DNA from: Myxococcota bacterium
GTDB taxonomy: Bacteria > Myxococcota_A > UBA796 > SXON01
Assembly (NCBI GenBank): GCA_040386535.1
Contig: JAZKFH010000027.1
Span: forward strand, 102,548-166,547
Direction of reading: 5' to 3'
Length of the DNA stretch: 64,000 bases
Positions 1-9,166 of the stretch are shown in pieces (positions within the stretch are counted from its first letter, which is position 1; each line of letters opens with the position of its first letter). The notes beneath the pieces were generated by a model, which did not search any database, was not told the origin of the DNA, and saw only the letters and a program-made list of their open reading frames with translations. A program made the translations under genes and the position numbers.

Positions 1-2
1 CC

Positions 3-473
3 GACCTGCACGCGTGCGTCCGCATGGGGCTCTCCCCCCTGCAGATCGTCGTGCTCCGCTGCGCGGAGTCGCTCGCGCCCGGCACCGGCTCGCAGTTGTT
101 CGACTACCTCGAGTCGCCCGTGTGCCTCCGGCCCGCCGGCTACGACCCGATGATCAACGTCGCGAGCCTCAAGGACATCGTCCGCGCGCTGGAGTCCGCG
201 GTGCGGGCCCCGGAGCAGGGCGTGTTCAACGTGCCCGGCTACGACACGCTGCCGTTGTCCCTCGCCATCCGGAAGTGGGGCCGCCTCGGCATCTCGTTGC
301 CGTCCTCGTGGCTCACCCCGCTGTACCGCTGGCGTCGCAAGCTGCGCGGGCACGACTTCCGCTACGGCATGAACCGCCGCCGCTTCCACTACAGCGGCGT
401 GCTCGACGGGCGCCGCGCCCGAGAGGTGCTCGGCTTCACGCCCACGCTCCCGGTCGACTGGCCGATCAGCTAG
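3..473 (+). CDS. NAD-dependent epimerase/dehydratase-like protein, C-terminal part (truncated by window start)
   Basis: Frame is open to the window edge. Motifs 'IVVLRC', 'DIVRAL...GVFNVPG' and 'LDGRRAREVLGFTP' are typical of the extended-SDR C-terminus. Confidence 0.6.
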   Translation, partial: DLHACVRMGLSPLQIVVLRCAESLAPGTGSQLFDYLESPVCLRPAGYDPMINVASLKDIVRALESAVRAPEQGVFNVPGYDTLPLSLAIRKWGRLGISLPSSWLTPLYRWRRKLRGHDFRYGMNRRRFHYSGVLDGRRAREVLGFTPTLPVDWPIS

Positions 474-566
474 CCGTCGCCGTCATCAGCGCCCGCTTTT
501 GTACCCGCCGCCCGAGGTCGCCCTTGTTGTCCCTTCGCCCGAACGCCTCCGCCCGTGGGGGGAGCC

Positions 567-1223
567 ATGACGACGCCCGGCGCTGAGGGTGGCCGCCCCG
601 TTTCGATCCGGCCCAAGGCCGCGCTCGCCCTGATCATCGCCGCGATCACGGTGGCGGGTGGGCTGGTGGTCGCGACGGTGGGCTGGTACGCGACGGTGCA
701 GGGCACGTCGGGGCAAGCGAGCGGCGTACGCGCGCGGGTCACCTTCACGAGCCCGTGCGACGCCGAGGCCCGTCCGGTGATCCTGGCCCGCCTCGCGGAG
801 TACGGCCTGCCTGCCCAGGCCTCGCCGGACAGCGGCGGCCTCGCGTTCGACGTGACCATGCCGGGCCTCGCGGACGACCTGACCCACGTGCCGAAGGCTC
901 TCGCGGCCCCCGGCACGCTCGAGGTGCGCGTGGACGGCGTCGTGCGGCCGGTCGTCGTCCAGGACCTCGGCGTGCAGCTCGCGTTCAGCGGCACCCCCGT
1001 CACGTTGCTGCTGTTGAGCGAGCCGCTGCCGGAGCGCGGCGTGGAGGTCTCGATCGACGGCGCGCCGGCCGACGTCGAGGAGGTCACCGGCGTCGAGCTG
1101 CAGATCGCCGCGCGCGCGGGGCAGAGCGCCGAGGCGCTGCGGCTCGCCACCGATCGGGCCGTCGCGTTGCGTCATCCGCTGCCGTGCGCGGTCACCCCGG
1201 TGGGCGCCGAGGCGATGCCGTAG
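567..1223 (+). CDS. Membrane-anchored protein resembling the SecD/SecDF periplasmic P1 region
   Basis: GGAG RBS before ATG 567 and one N-terminal TM. Segments 'ILARLAEYGL..DVTMPG..ALAAPGTLEVR' and 'EALRLATDRAVALRHPLP' echo the SecD P1 base and head. Confidence 0.45.
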   Translation: MTTPGAEGGRPVSIRPKAALALIIAAITVAGGLVVATVGWYATVQGTSGQASGVRARVTFTSPCDAEARPVILARLAEYGLPAQASPDSGGLAFDVTMPGLADDLTHVPKALAAPGTLEVRVDGVVRPVVVQDLGVQLAFSGTPVTLLLLSEPLPERGVEVSIDGAPADVEEVTGVELQIAARAGQSAEALRLATDRAVALRHPLPCAVTPVGAEAMP

Positions 1224-1291
1224 GGCGCGACGCGCTTGCTTCGCGGAGGCTGAGGCGCGGCACGTTCGCGTCGCTGGAAGCCGGCGGCGCC

Positions 1292-1330
1292 AAAAACACG
1301 AAACCCTCCGTCGCTTGCGCGGGGAGGGCT
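1292..1330 (-). terminator. Probable intrinsic terminator of rpsD
   Basis: CCCTCC...GGAGGG stem followed on the minus strand by TTTCGTGTTTTT, ~40 bp after the rpsD stop. Confidence 0.6.
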
Positions 1331-1368
1331 CCGATGGGACGAGGTGGCGTGCGGACACGCCGCCCGCG

Positions 1369-1986
1369 TCAGATCATCTGGCTGTAGTACTCGACGATCT
1401 TCTGGGGATCACACTCGAACGGGATGTCTTCGCGCTCGGGCGCGACGACCATCTTGCCGGCCATGAGGGCCGGGTCGAACTCGAGGAAGCTCGGGCGCTG
1501 ACGGCTGGCCGCGAGCTCGAGGATCCCGGCGTAGAACGGGGACGCCTTGCTCTTCGGGTGGAGGGCGACGACATCGCCGGCCTTGACCTGGAAGCTGGGG
1601 CGGTCCGTGCGGACGCCGTTGACCGTGACGTGCCCGTGCACGACGAGCTGACGCGCGGCGGGGATGGTCGCGCCGAGGCCGAGGCGCCAGGTGACGCTGT
1701 CGAGGCGGCTCTCGAGGAGGGTCGCGAGGATGCGGCCGGTCGGGCCCTTGCGGCGCGAGGCCTCGGTCACGTAGCGACGGAACTGCTTCTCGAGGATGCC
1801 GTAGTGGAAGCGCATCTTCTGCTTCTCCACCATGCGTTCCTTGAAGTCAGACTGCTTGCCCTTGCGGCGTGTGCCGTGCTGTCCCGGGGGGAACGGGCGC
1901 TTGAGGACGCCCTTGTTCGTAAGGCCGGGAAGCACCACGCCCACCTGCCGGCACTTCTTCAGCCGGGGTCCACGATAACGTGCCAT
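1369..1986 (-). CDS. rpsD: 30S ribosomal protein S4 (Zn-ribbon-less type, stand-alone)
   Basis: MARYRGPRLKK...PPGQHG...EKQKMRFHYGILEKQFRRY...LESRLD...AARQLVVHGHVTVNG...IVEYYS. AAGGAG RBS before ATG 1986. Confidence 0.97.
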   Translation of the reverse strand: MARYRGPRLKKCRQVGVVLPGLTNKGVLKRPFPPGQHGTRRKGKQSDFKERMVEKQKMRFHYGILEKQFRRYVTEASRRKGPTGRILATLLESRLDSVTWRLGLGATIPAARQLVVHGHVTVNGVRTDRPSFQVKAGDVVALHPKSKASPFYAGILELAASRQRPSFLEFDPALMAGKMVVAPEREDIPFECDPQKIVEYYSQMI

Positions 1987-2140
1987 GTTGATGGCTCCTT
2001 GGGGTGCGGGAATGCCCTTGCGGGCATGAAACGTTGCCGGGGGTTCGAGTAGGAACTCGTGGGCCGGAAACGGCGCCCGGGGCGATCCCGGGCAGCCCGC
2101 GCTGTTAATCGATCGCTCCCCGTCCGCCAAGGAGGATCCG

Positions 2141-2620
2141 ATGGACCATCTGCGCAACGCGCTCCAGGGCGCGCTCGGCGTGCCCGTTTCCCCGGCGCCC
2201 GCGCCCGCCCCCGAGGTGCCCGGCCTCCCGGACCCGCTCAAGAGCGACTGGGTGGCGCTGATGCGCCAGCTCGGCGCCGAAGTGCCGAAGGACGCCACGA
2301 TGGGCCAGCTCACGTCGCGCTCCGATCTGCGCGCCAAGGCCCTCGGGGACGCGGGCCGCGGCCGGGACGCCGCCGCGTTGAAGAAGGCACGCGAGGACTT
2401 CGTGCGGGACCGCGAGAAGCGGGCCTGGGCACTGGTGAAGGACCGCTTCGCCGCGCTGGACCTGCCCGAGAAGGCGTACCGTTCCTTCAAGCAGGAGGAC
2501 GCCGATCCCGTCAAGCTCCTGGCCCGGCTGACGAACAAGCGCGCCGAGGAGCTGAGGGGGATGGGCGCCGCCCGCCTGCGCGACGAGCTCGGCCCCTCCG
2601 TGGGGACCGGCAAGAAGTAG
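2141..2620 (+). CDS. Hypothetical protein (159 aa, helical)
   Basis: Strong AAGGAGG RBS, coding-like codon usage and balanced composition. Confidence 0.75.
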   Translation: MDHLRNALQGALGVPVSPAPAPAPEVPGLPDPLKSDWVALMRQLGAEVPKDATMGQLTSRSDLRAKALGDAGRGRDAAALKKAREDFVRDREKRAWALVKDRFAALDLPEKAYRSFKQEDADPVKLLARLTNKRAEELRGMGAARLRDELGPSVGTGKK

Positions 2621-2667
2621 GCCCCGCGCCCGGCCCGGGGGGCGTATAGTGCGCGGGTGGAGGTCCA

Positions 2668-3375
2668 ATGCCGGTCGGGCGGGTCGGATTGACGGGGCGG
2701 CGCGGCGTGACGCTGCTGGAGATCGCCATCGTCATCGCGATCATCGGCATCCTGGCCGCGATCGCGGGCACCATGCTCACGCAGACGATCCCGAGCTGGC
2801 GCACACGGCGCGCCGCGCGCGAGTTCTCCGCGACGCTCAACCAGTGCCGGCAGCTCGCGATCGCGCAGGGCGTCGAGTACCGGGTCCGCATGGGGTCCGC
2901 CGACCCTGACCTCAGCGGGTCGGGCGGCAGCGTGGGGGTCTACTACATCGAGCGCGGCAATTCGGGCGTGAACAGCTCCGCATGGGACATCCTCCCGTGG
3001 GACGCGGACGGGTCGAACACCGCCAACGCCGAGGGCACGATCGACATCTCCGCGGGCGCCCCCAACGAGCTGCGTGGCGCGAGCATCGCGCCGTGGAACC
3101 CGATCGCCGGCGTGGAGGGGGACGACATCGTGTTCAGCCCGCGCGGCTGGCTCATCAACCCCGTGAGCGACTTCAACGCCGACGGGTACATCGAGATCAC
3201 CTTCGTCAACAAGCCGGCGCGGGCACGCGGCGAGGCCGACGAGTGGACCGTGATGGTGTCCCGCGGCGGGCTCGTGCGCCTGGAGTCCAACCGGCAGACG
3301 CCGATCGGCGGGGCGAGCGGCACCTCGAGCGCGTCGGACTGGACGTCGAGCTCGGCGTCCGGGCACTCGCCCTAA
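2668..3375 (+). CDS. Prepilin-type N-terminal cleavage/methylation protein (FimT/GspH-like minor pilin)
   Basis: Class III signal peptide RRG|VTLLEIAIVIAIIGILAAIA, plus 'IVFSPRG' and 'VSRGGLVR' FimT-like strands. GGAGG RBS. Confidence 0.85.
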   Translation: MPVGRVGLTGRRGVTLLEIAIVIAIIGILAAIAGTMLTQTIPSWRTRRAAREFSATLNQCRQLAIAQGVEYRVRMGSADPDLSGSGGSVGVYYIERGNSGVNSSAWDILPWDADGSNTANAEGTIDISAGAPNELRGASIAPWNPIAGVEGDDIVFSPRGWLINPVSDFNADGYIEITFVNKPARARGEADEWTVMVSRGGLVRLESNRQTPIGGASGTSSASDWTSSSASGHSP

Positions 3376-3779
3376 GACGACGGCGGCGGATCCTCGACGA
3401 GCCGAGGAGTGGGCCACTCCGTCACCGCGGACGTGCAGGGCCGGCCCTCGGCCTGGGCGGCGACCGCGTCCTCGAGGCGCACGGACGCCCACAACCCGTC
3501 GAACGCGGTCAGCAGCTCAGCCAGCGCGACGCCCTCGTACGTGGGGGGGAGCCCCTCGAACTTCGCGCGGGCCTTGGTCCATTGGCCCCAGGCGCCCCGC
3601 GGATTGCCGCGCCGCCAGTGCTCCAGCGACACCGCGAGCTGGATGAGGCCTTGCACGTAGTCGCGGCCGGGCCCGCGGGGCAGCTCGCGCCAGAGGGCCT
3701 CGAGCACCTCGTGGCACTCGAACCACTGGCGCTCGCGGAACAGGTGGAGGCCCTCGTGGTAGCGCGCGTCGTTCCGCAT
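3372..3779 (-). CDS. DUF309 family protein
   Basis: 'GLHLFRERQWFECHEVLEALW...VQGLIQLAVSLEHWRRGNPRGA' is the DUF309 signature. Start re-chosen at ATG 3779. Confidence 0.85.
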   Translation of the reverse strand: MRNDARYHEGLHLFRERQWFECHEVLEALWRELPRGPGRDYVQGLIQLAVSLEHWRRGNPRGAWGQWTKARAKFEGLPPTYEGVALAELLTAFDGLWASVRLEDAVAAQAEGRPCTSAVTEWPTPRLVEDPPPSS

Positions 3780-3801
3780 CGGAGCGATATATCCGGTCAC
3801 A

Positions 3802-5001
3802 TCAGCCCTTGGCCTCGGGGGAGAAGGCTTCCGGGGACAGCGCACGTTGGGCCATCCGCCGCACGGTCGGGCGCGGATCGGCCGCCCAGGCACGGATGTC
3901 CTGGCCGCCCGCCGCCAGCACGGCGACGGCGTGGGCCGAGGTGATCTCCGTGGCGTCGCGCGCGGTGGCGCGAAGCGCGGGGAACGCGACGGCGCCGAGC
4001 TTCCACAGGGCGTCCATCGCCGGGAGGTAGAAGCCGCCGAGGGCGGAGCCGTGCGTGTCGTCCAGGTGGGCGAGCAGGGTGGGGATGCTCGCCGGGGCGC
4101 CGATCTCGCCGAGCGCCCAGAGCAGGTTGGTGCGCACGGGGTACTGGATGCCCAGCCCCGCGCCGGGCCGGCCCTCGAAGTCGGCGACCTCGTCCTTGAG
4201 CGCCCCGCCGATCCAGCCCGCGCCCTGCCGGAGGCCGAGCCGACCCAGGCCGGTGGCCGCGATCCGCCGCTGGGCGAACCCGCGCCCCGGATCCACGTCG
4301 GTGGCGCGCAGCGCGTCGCGCAGGGGGGCGGCCGCCCGGGGATCGCCCGTGAGGCCCATGGCGACGAAGAGGGTGTGCTCTCCGCGGCGCCCGGCGCTGC
4401 GGAGGCGGGCCTGGATGCGCACGAGGTCGTCCGGGTGGCCGAGAGCGGCGAGCGCCTGGGCGATGTCGAGGCCGCGCCGGCCGGGGTCGGGGTGCTCGAG
4501 CTGGTGGCGCCGGGCTTCGAGGAGGGCGGCCCGGGGCTGGACGGCGCCGGGCGTATCGCCGAGGCAGGCCCACAGGCGCTCGGACAGGGGCGCGAGGCCG
4601 TGGACCGCGGCGGGGCTGCGCAGCCCGCCGACGGTGTGGAGGGCGCGCCGGTCGTGGCGTTCCAGGGCCGCGGCGAGCACGGCGGCATCGTCGCCGCAGC
4701 GGATCCGGGCGACGGCGAAGGCCAGCTGGCCCTCCTCCGTGCGGTCCGCCCCGGCCGCGGCGCCCAGCGCATCGAGGGCCTCGGGATTCCCGAGGTTTCC
4801 GAGAGCGCGCGCGGCGGTGCGCCGGAGCGCCGCGTGGTCCCCCCGCAGAAGCGGAAGCAGCGGCGCGGGGGGACCTCCTTGCTCACCCAGGGCCCGAGCG
4901 CACCGGATCGCGAAGGCCTCCGAGCCCCGCCGAAGCCCGCGCTCGAGCCCGGCTTGAGGGAGCTGGTCGGGGTCTCCCAACAAATGGTCCAGGAGCGCCA
5001 T
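3802..5001 (-). CDS. HEAT/PBS-lyase repeat protein
   Basis: Repeats 'RRTAARALGNLGNPEALDAL', 'AATGLGRLG' and 'WALGEIGAPASIPTL'. Start re-chosen at ATG 5001. Confidence 0.75.
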   Translation of the reverse strand: MALLDHLLGDPDQLPQAGLERGLRRGSEAFAIRCARALGEQGGPPAPLLPLLRGDHAALRRTAARALGNLGNPEALDALGAAAGADRTEEGQLAFAVARIRCGDDAAVLAAALERHDRRALHTVGGLRSPAAVHGLAPLSERLWACLGDTPGAVQPRAALLEARRHQLEHPDPGRRGLDIAQALAALGHPDDLVRIQARLRSAGRRGEHTLFVAMGLTGDPRAAAPLRDALRATDVDPGRGFAQRRIAATGLGRLGLRQGAGWIGGALKDEVADFEGRPGAGLGIQYPVRTNLLWALGEIGAPASIPTLLAHLDDTHGSALGGFYLPAMDALWKLGAVAFPALRATARDATEITSAHAVAVLAAGGQDIRAWAADPRPTVRRMAQRALSPEAFSPEAKG

Positions 5002-5742
5002 GCGCCCCCCGTTATCGCGGTCCCCGTTGCCAGGGCGGACGGGCGCCCTGGAACCGGAGGCGTCGCAAAGCGCATGACACGGAAATGCGTTTTCGCCGAA
5101 GATCCGCTCGGCGTCGGGTTTTCCAGTGGTTTTCCACAAGCGGAAGGGTGTCGTGGGGGACAGATGACAGCACAAGCGCATCTCCGCGCCACCTGTCAAC
5201 AGTAGGCCGCCGGCTGATAATCGTGCATCAACGACGATGTTCGGCCTTGTCCTTCGGGTTGTCCATAGCGATTGACGGGTCAATCAAAATCGGAGATAGA
5301 TCGTTGGCTTACCTGCCTTTTTGTTGGATCGGCCATTGCGGGGCGGATCCCCTCGCGGTACTTCTCTGGGGTCAGCGCGGCTTGCTTGCCGGCAAGCGGG
5401 CGCCTCCCCACACATCTCCCGCCTCTCCTCCCCCCTTTGCTCTTCGCCAGGCGCGGACCCGCTCGTAGTGCGGCACCATGCCTGTTCCCACGTGTCCTGT
5501 TCGACCTGTACCGGTCGCGCACGCGTGGGTCCGCACCTGGTTCCCCCCCGTGTTCTCGCGCGTCCCCCCGCGTTCCCCCCGCACAGGGGGGCCCCAAACG
5601 TCTCCGGAATCCCCCTCCGGATGCCCCTCGAGCCGACTCCCCTGGCTCGGGGCTCGCCCCCGCCCCCCCACGGGCGCGACGCGGCGAGACGTACGGTCCG
5701 CTCGCTCCGCTCCGCTCCCCCTGGAGCGGAGCGAGCCGCCGC

Positions 5743-5804
5743 GCGCGACGATGCCGCGCCGCCCCGGCGCGACGATGCCGCGCCGCCCCGGCGCGACGAT
5801 GCCG
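5743..5804 (+). repeat. 24-bp tandem repeat x2.6 (GCGCGACGATGCCGCGCCGCCCCG)
   Basis: Units at 5743, 5767 and a partial unit at 5791, just upstream of the ORF at 5820. Confidence 0.9.
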
Positions 5805-5819
5805 GCATAGAAGGGTGCG

Positions 5820-7778
5820 GTGTTCCTGAACCCCACCGAGCCGCCGGACATCAACCCCGGGGTGACCCGGCGCATCGTCAGCCGGCGGCGTGCCACCTGG
5901 CTCGTGGCGGGGGTGGCCGTCGTTGCGGGGCTGGTGGTCGCCGCGACGAACGGGCCGCCGCGGCTCGGCGCCACTACGCTCCGCGTGCTGGAGATGTTCC
6001 CGGCCGACCCCCGGTGCGGCCATCCCCTCGGGCAGCTGGCCGCGCTGGCACAGGGCCAGGGCCTGCCGGACGAGGCCTGCCTCGCCGAGCTGGCGACCAC
6101 CCCGTTCGTCCGGCCGCTGCTCGTGCGGCTCACCAAGGACGCGGCGCAGCCGATGCCCGTGCGGTCCACGGCCCTCGCGGCGCTGACGGGCGGCCGGACC
6201 GCGCCCCTCGGGCTGCTCGAGTCCTTCGTGGTGGCGCCGCCGGCGCCTCCGGCGCTGCGTCGGGCCGCGTGGGAGGTGGCGACCCGGGGCCCGGATGACC
6301 AGGTGTGGGTCGATCGCGGGGCTGGGGTGGCTGTCCACGGGCTGTACGATCGCGCCGCCGCGCGCCGGTTCGCGGAGGGGGAGCCGGGCCTCGCGCTCGC
6401 CGCCGCGCGCGCGCTCGCCGCCAGCCCGCGCGGGGCGCCCGATCCCGTGGTGCTGCACGACGTGTACGCCGGCCTCGGCACCGACCCCGCGGCGCTCGCC
6501 GAAGGGGTGCGGCGCCACGCCGCGGGGCAGATGCCGCTGGGGCTGCCACGCGAGTGGGCGGACGCGTTCTGGCGCCATGGCTGCGAAGACGCGTGTGTAC
6601 CGCTGCTGCTCGACCTGCTCGCCGCCGAGGCCGACCGCGGCGGTGAGGAGGCGGCCCGCTCCGCGCCTGCCGTTCCTGGCGCGGACGCCGCCATCGACGC
6701 GTTGTACGCGGACGGTGAGCGGGCGGACCACGTGCGCGAGGAACTCGGCGCTGTCGCCGCGTGGATCGCGCGCGGGAGCGAGCGCCGGCGGGCCGAGCGG
6801 CTTGTCGCCGCGGTACTGCACCCCGCGGCGGACGCGCCGGACGCCGCCGCGTCGCTCATCGAGGCCGGCGACCTGCATGCCGTGCTGGTGCGGGGCGGTG
6901 GCACGCCGGGGGCCACGGTGCTGGTGGCGGCCGACCTCGCGCTGGCGACGCGGGTGCCGCTCTCGGCCTGGGTGACGGACACGGGGGTGGCCCTGCTGGT
7001 CGGTGGGACGATCCACCGGGTGGACGCGTGCGCGGCGGCGACCACGGTGAGCGCGTCAGACCCTGGGTGGAGGGGGGTCTCCGCGGCGGCGATCGAGGCG
7101 CTCGCGCTGGTCGAGGGCGCGGCGCGCGCGTTGCGGGAGGGCGATCTGGAGGCGGCGCACGGGCAGGTGGAGGCCGCGCGCCGCGCGTGGGCCGACGCGC
7201 CGGGGCTCGGCGGCGTGGCCGCGGCGGTGCTCGCGGCGGGTGGGGCGCCTTTCTCCGGTGCCGCGCCGGACGCGCGGGACGGCGCGCCGACGCCCGCCCT
7301 CACGCCGGTCCTGACGCCCGTCCTGGCACCCGCTCCAGCGGCAACCTTCGTGTCCCGCCCGACCTGGCCGCCGCCCACACGTGGCCGCCGGGCGCCGGCC
7401 CCGCTCGCGGACGAGCGCCCGGCCATCCGCGCGGCGCTCCTCGCGCGGTTCGAGCAGATCCGCGCGCTCACGGCCGACCCCGAGGACCTGGTACGCGCCG
7501 CGTGGTGGGCGGCGCACACCGGCGATGCCGAGCTTGCCCGGCTCCTCCTGGGAACGCCGCTGGACGCGCCCGCGACGCTTGCAGAGGGGGCGATGCGGCC
7601 GCCGCGCTCGCCGGCTCGCTCGACCCTGGCGCCGCTGCTGCGGGCGGCCGTGGCGCGCGCCGTGGGCGAACCCGCCGGGGTGCCCGCCGCGCCTGACGCC
7701 GCCCCGGCGTGCCCGGCGCCGTTTCGTGCCGACCCGCCGCGCTGGGCCTGGGGCGGCGGCTCACCCGTCGAGCGCTGA
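5820..7778 (+). CDS. Hypothetical Ala-rich exported/membrane-anchored protein (652 aa)
   Basis: Long ORF with an N-terminal hydrophobic segment and helical-repeat-like composition. No recognisable family. Confidence 0.55.
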   Translation: MFLNPTEPPDINPGVTRRIVSRRRATWLVAGVAVVAGLVVAATNGPPRLGATTLRVLEMFPADPRCGHPLGQLAALAQGQGLPDEACLAELATTPFVRPLLVRLTKDAAQPMPVRSTALAALTGGRTAPLGLLESFVVAPPAPPALRRAAWEVATRGPDDQVWVDRGAGVAVHGLYDRAAARRFAEGEPGLALAAARALAASPRGAPDPVVLHDVYAGLGTDPAALAEGVRRHAAGQMPLGLPREWADAFWRHGCEDACVPLLLDLLAAEADRGGEEAARSAPAVPGADAAIDALYADGERADHVREELGAVAAWIARGSERRRAERLVAAVLHPAADAPDAAASLIEAGDLHAVLVRGGGTPGATVLVAADLALATRVPLSAWVTDTGVALLVGGTIHRVDACAAATTVSASDPGWRGVSAAAIEALALVEGAARALREGDLEAAHGQVEAARRAWADAPGLGGVAAAVLAAGGAPFSGAAPDARDGAPTPALTPVLTPVLAPAPAATFVSRPTWPPPTRGRRAPAPLADERPAIRAALLARFEQIRALTADPEDLVRAAWWAAHTGDAELARLLLGTPLDAPATLAEGAMRPPRSPARSTLAPLLRAAVARAVGEPAGVPAAPDAAPACPAPFRADPPRWAWGGGSPVER

Positions 7779-7805
7779 CGGGTTCGGACTTCCCCGACTT
7801 GCTTA

Positions 7806-9166
7806 GAGGGTACTCGTCCGGAATGCCTTGATCCCAGAGTATCAACGTGTGATCAGCCCGTATCCGGAGCGCGGGTATGGGCAAGCCGATCCACGAGGCG
7901 AAGCGCGAGGCCGTGCTGGCTGACGTGAAGGGGGGCATGGGTACGGTCGAGGAGATCGCTGCTCGTCACGGGATCGGCAGCGCAACGGTCAAGCGGATCA
8001 CGCGGACGGATCGGGAGAAGGGCAGGGTGGGGCCGAGGCCCAGCGGGAAGGTCGGACGCCCACCCAAGTTCACCGACGCCGAGATGGACGCGATCGTGAA
8101 GCTCGTGCAGGACCACCCGGAGTGGAGCTACCGAGGCCTCCGGCGCGCGGTCCAGGAGCAGATGGGCAAGACCCTGAGCCGCAGCCAGCTCCAGCTCCGA
8201 CTGAAGGCCCGCGGCGTGTCCAAGCGGAAGGTGGTCGTGGCCTGGCGCGCAACGCCGGAGGGCGCGGTGAAAGGAACGTGGCGCTACAAGGAGCGGCATC
8301 GTCGCAAGAGGGCACCTCTCGCCCATCGGGGTGGCTACCCGAGTGACCTGACGGACTCCGAGTGGGAGGTGTTGAGGCCACTGTTGGCGCCGCACGCGAA
8401 GCCGCAGAAATACGACCTCCGCGAGATCGTGAACACCCTCCGGTACCAGGAGCGGACGGGCTGCGCGTGGGCCTACCTGCCGAACGACCTCGTGCCCGAG
8501 CACGTCGTCTACTACTACTTTGAGAAGTGGACGGCAGAGGGAACCTGGGTCGAACTGAATGACCGCCTTCGGGAAGCAGTGCGGAAGGCGGAGGACCGCA
8601 AGGTCGAACCAAGCGCAGCGATCGTCGACAGCCAGACGGTCAAGACCACCGAGCAGGGCGGGCCGACCGGCTACGACGCGGGGAAGAAGGTGAAGGGGCG
8701 CAAGCGCCACGCGTTGGTGGACACGTTGGGCCTCCTTCTGGCCCTCGCCGTGCACCCTGCGAGCGTCCAGGACCGGGACGGCGGCGAGCTGGTCGTCAAC
8801 GCCAAGGTCGCGGCTGCCCATCCCCAGCTGAAGCGGGTCTGGGCGGACGCGGCGTACCAGGGCGGCTTCGAGGAGAGGATCAACCGAGCCCTGCCCCTGA
8901 CGCTGGAGATCGTCCGCCGCCGCGGGGACAAGAGCACCGGCGAATGGACGATCGAGGGGCAGCCCGCCCCTGCCCGTCCCGAGGGCTTCGTCCTCGTGAA
9001 GTGGCGCTGGATCGTGGAACGGACCTTCGGCTGGCTTGGACGCTACCGCCGCCTCTCGAAGGACTACGAGCGCAGCTCCGATTCCTCTCGCAGCCACGTC
9101 TACGCGGCCATGGCCAGCCTGATGCTCTCCCGCCTTGGAGGTTGATCTTTGCGATCAACTACCCTC
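7806..9166 (+). mobile_element. Insertion sequence, IS5 family (IS1031-like), 1361 bp
   Basis: Ends GAGGGTA.../...TACCCTC (imperfect TIR), flanked by a TTA direct repeat at 7803-7805 and 9167-9169. Encodes an intact transposase. Confidence 0.9.
7877..9145 (+). CDS. IS5-family DDE transposase with an extra N-terminal HTH region
   Basis: 'YPSDLTDSEW..L.PLL' (DUF4096-like), 'AIVDSQTVKT', 'GYDAGKKVKGRKRHALVDTLG', 'WADAAY' and 'RWIVERTFGWLGRYRRLSKDYE'. Confidence 0.95.
   Translation: MGKPIHEAKREAVLADVKGGMGTVEEIAARHGIGSATVKRITRTDREKGRVGPRPSGKVGRPPKFTDAEMDAIVKLVQDHPEWSYRGLRRAVQEQMGKTLSRSQLQLRLKARGVSKRKVVVAWRATPEGAVKGTWRYKERHRRKRAPLAHRGGYPSDLTDSEWEVLRPLLAPHAKPQKYDLREIVNTLRYQERTGCAWAYLPNDLVPEHVVYYYFEKWTAEGTWVELNDRLREAVRKAEDRKVEPSAAIVDSQTVKTTEQGGPTGYDAGKKVKGRKRHALVDTLGLLLALAVHPASVQDRDGGELVVNAKVAAAHPQLKRVWADAAYQGGFEERINRALPLTLEIVRRRGDKSTGEWTIEGQPAPARPEGFVLVKWRWIVERTFGWLGRYRRLSKDYERSSDSSRSHVYAAMASLMLSRLGG

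Noticed and set aside
1369..3492. Apparent giant N-terminal extensions in the ORF track (707-aa S4; likewise the 847-aa protease and 858-aa CHASE2 ORFs)
   Set aside because: Artefacts of upstream open frames. Starts re-chosen from RBS position or domain boundaries (1986, 51049, 51140) give normal-sized proteins and avoid overlap with real genes.
5130..5138. DnaA-box match TTTTCCACA in a lower-GC intergenic region (possible oriC)
   Set aside because: Only one good box was seen, with no AT-rich unwinding element and no dnaA/dnaN/gidA neighbours.
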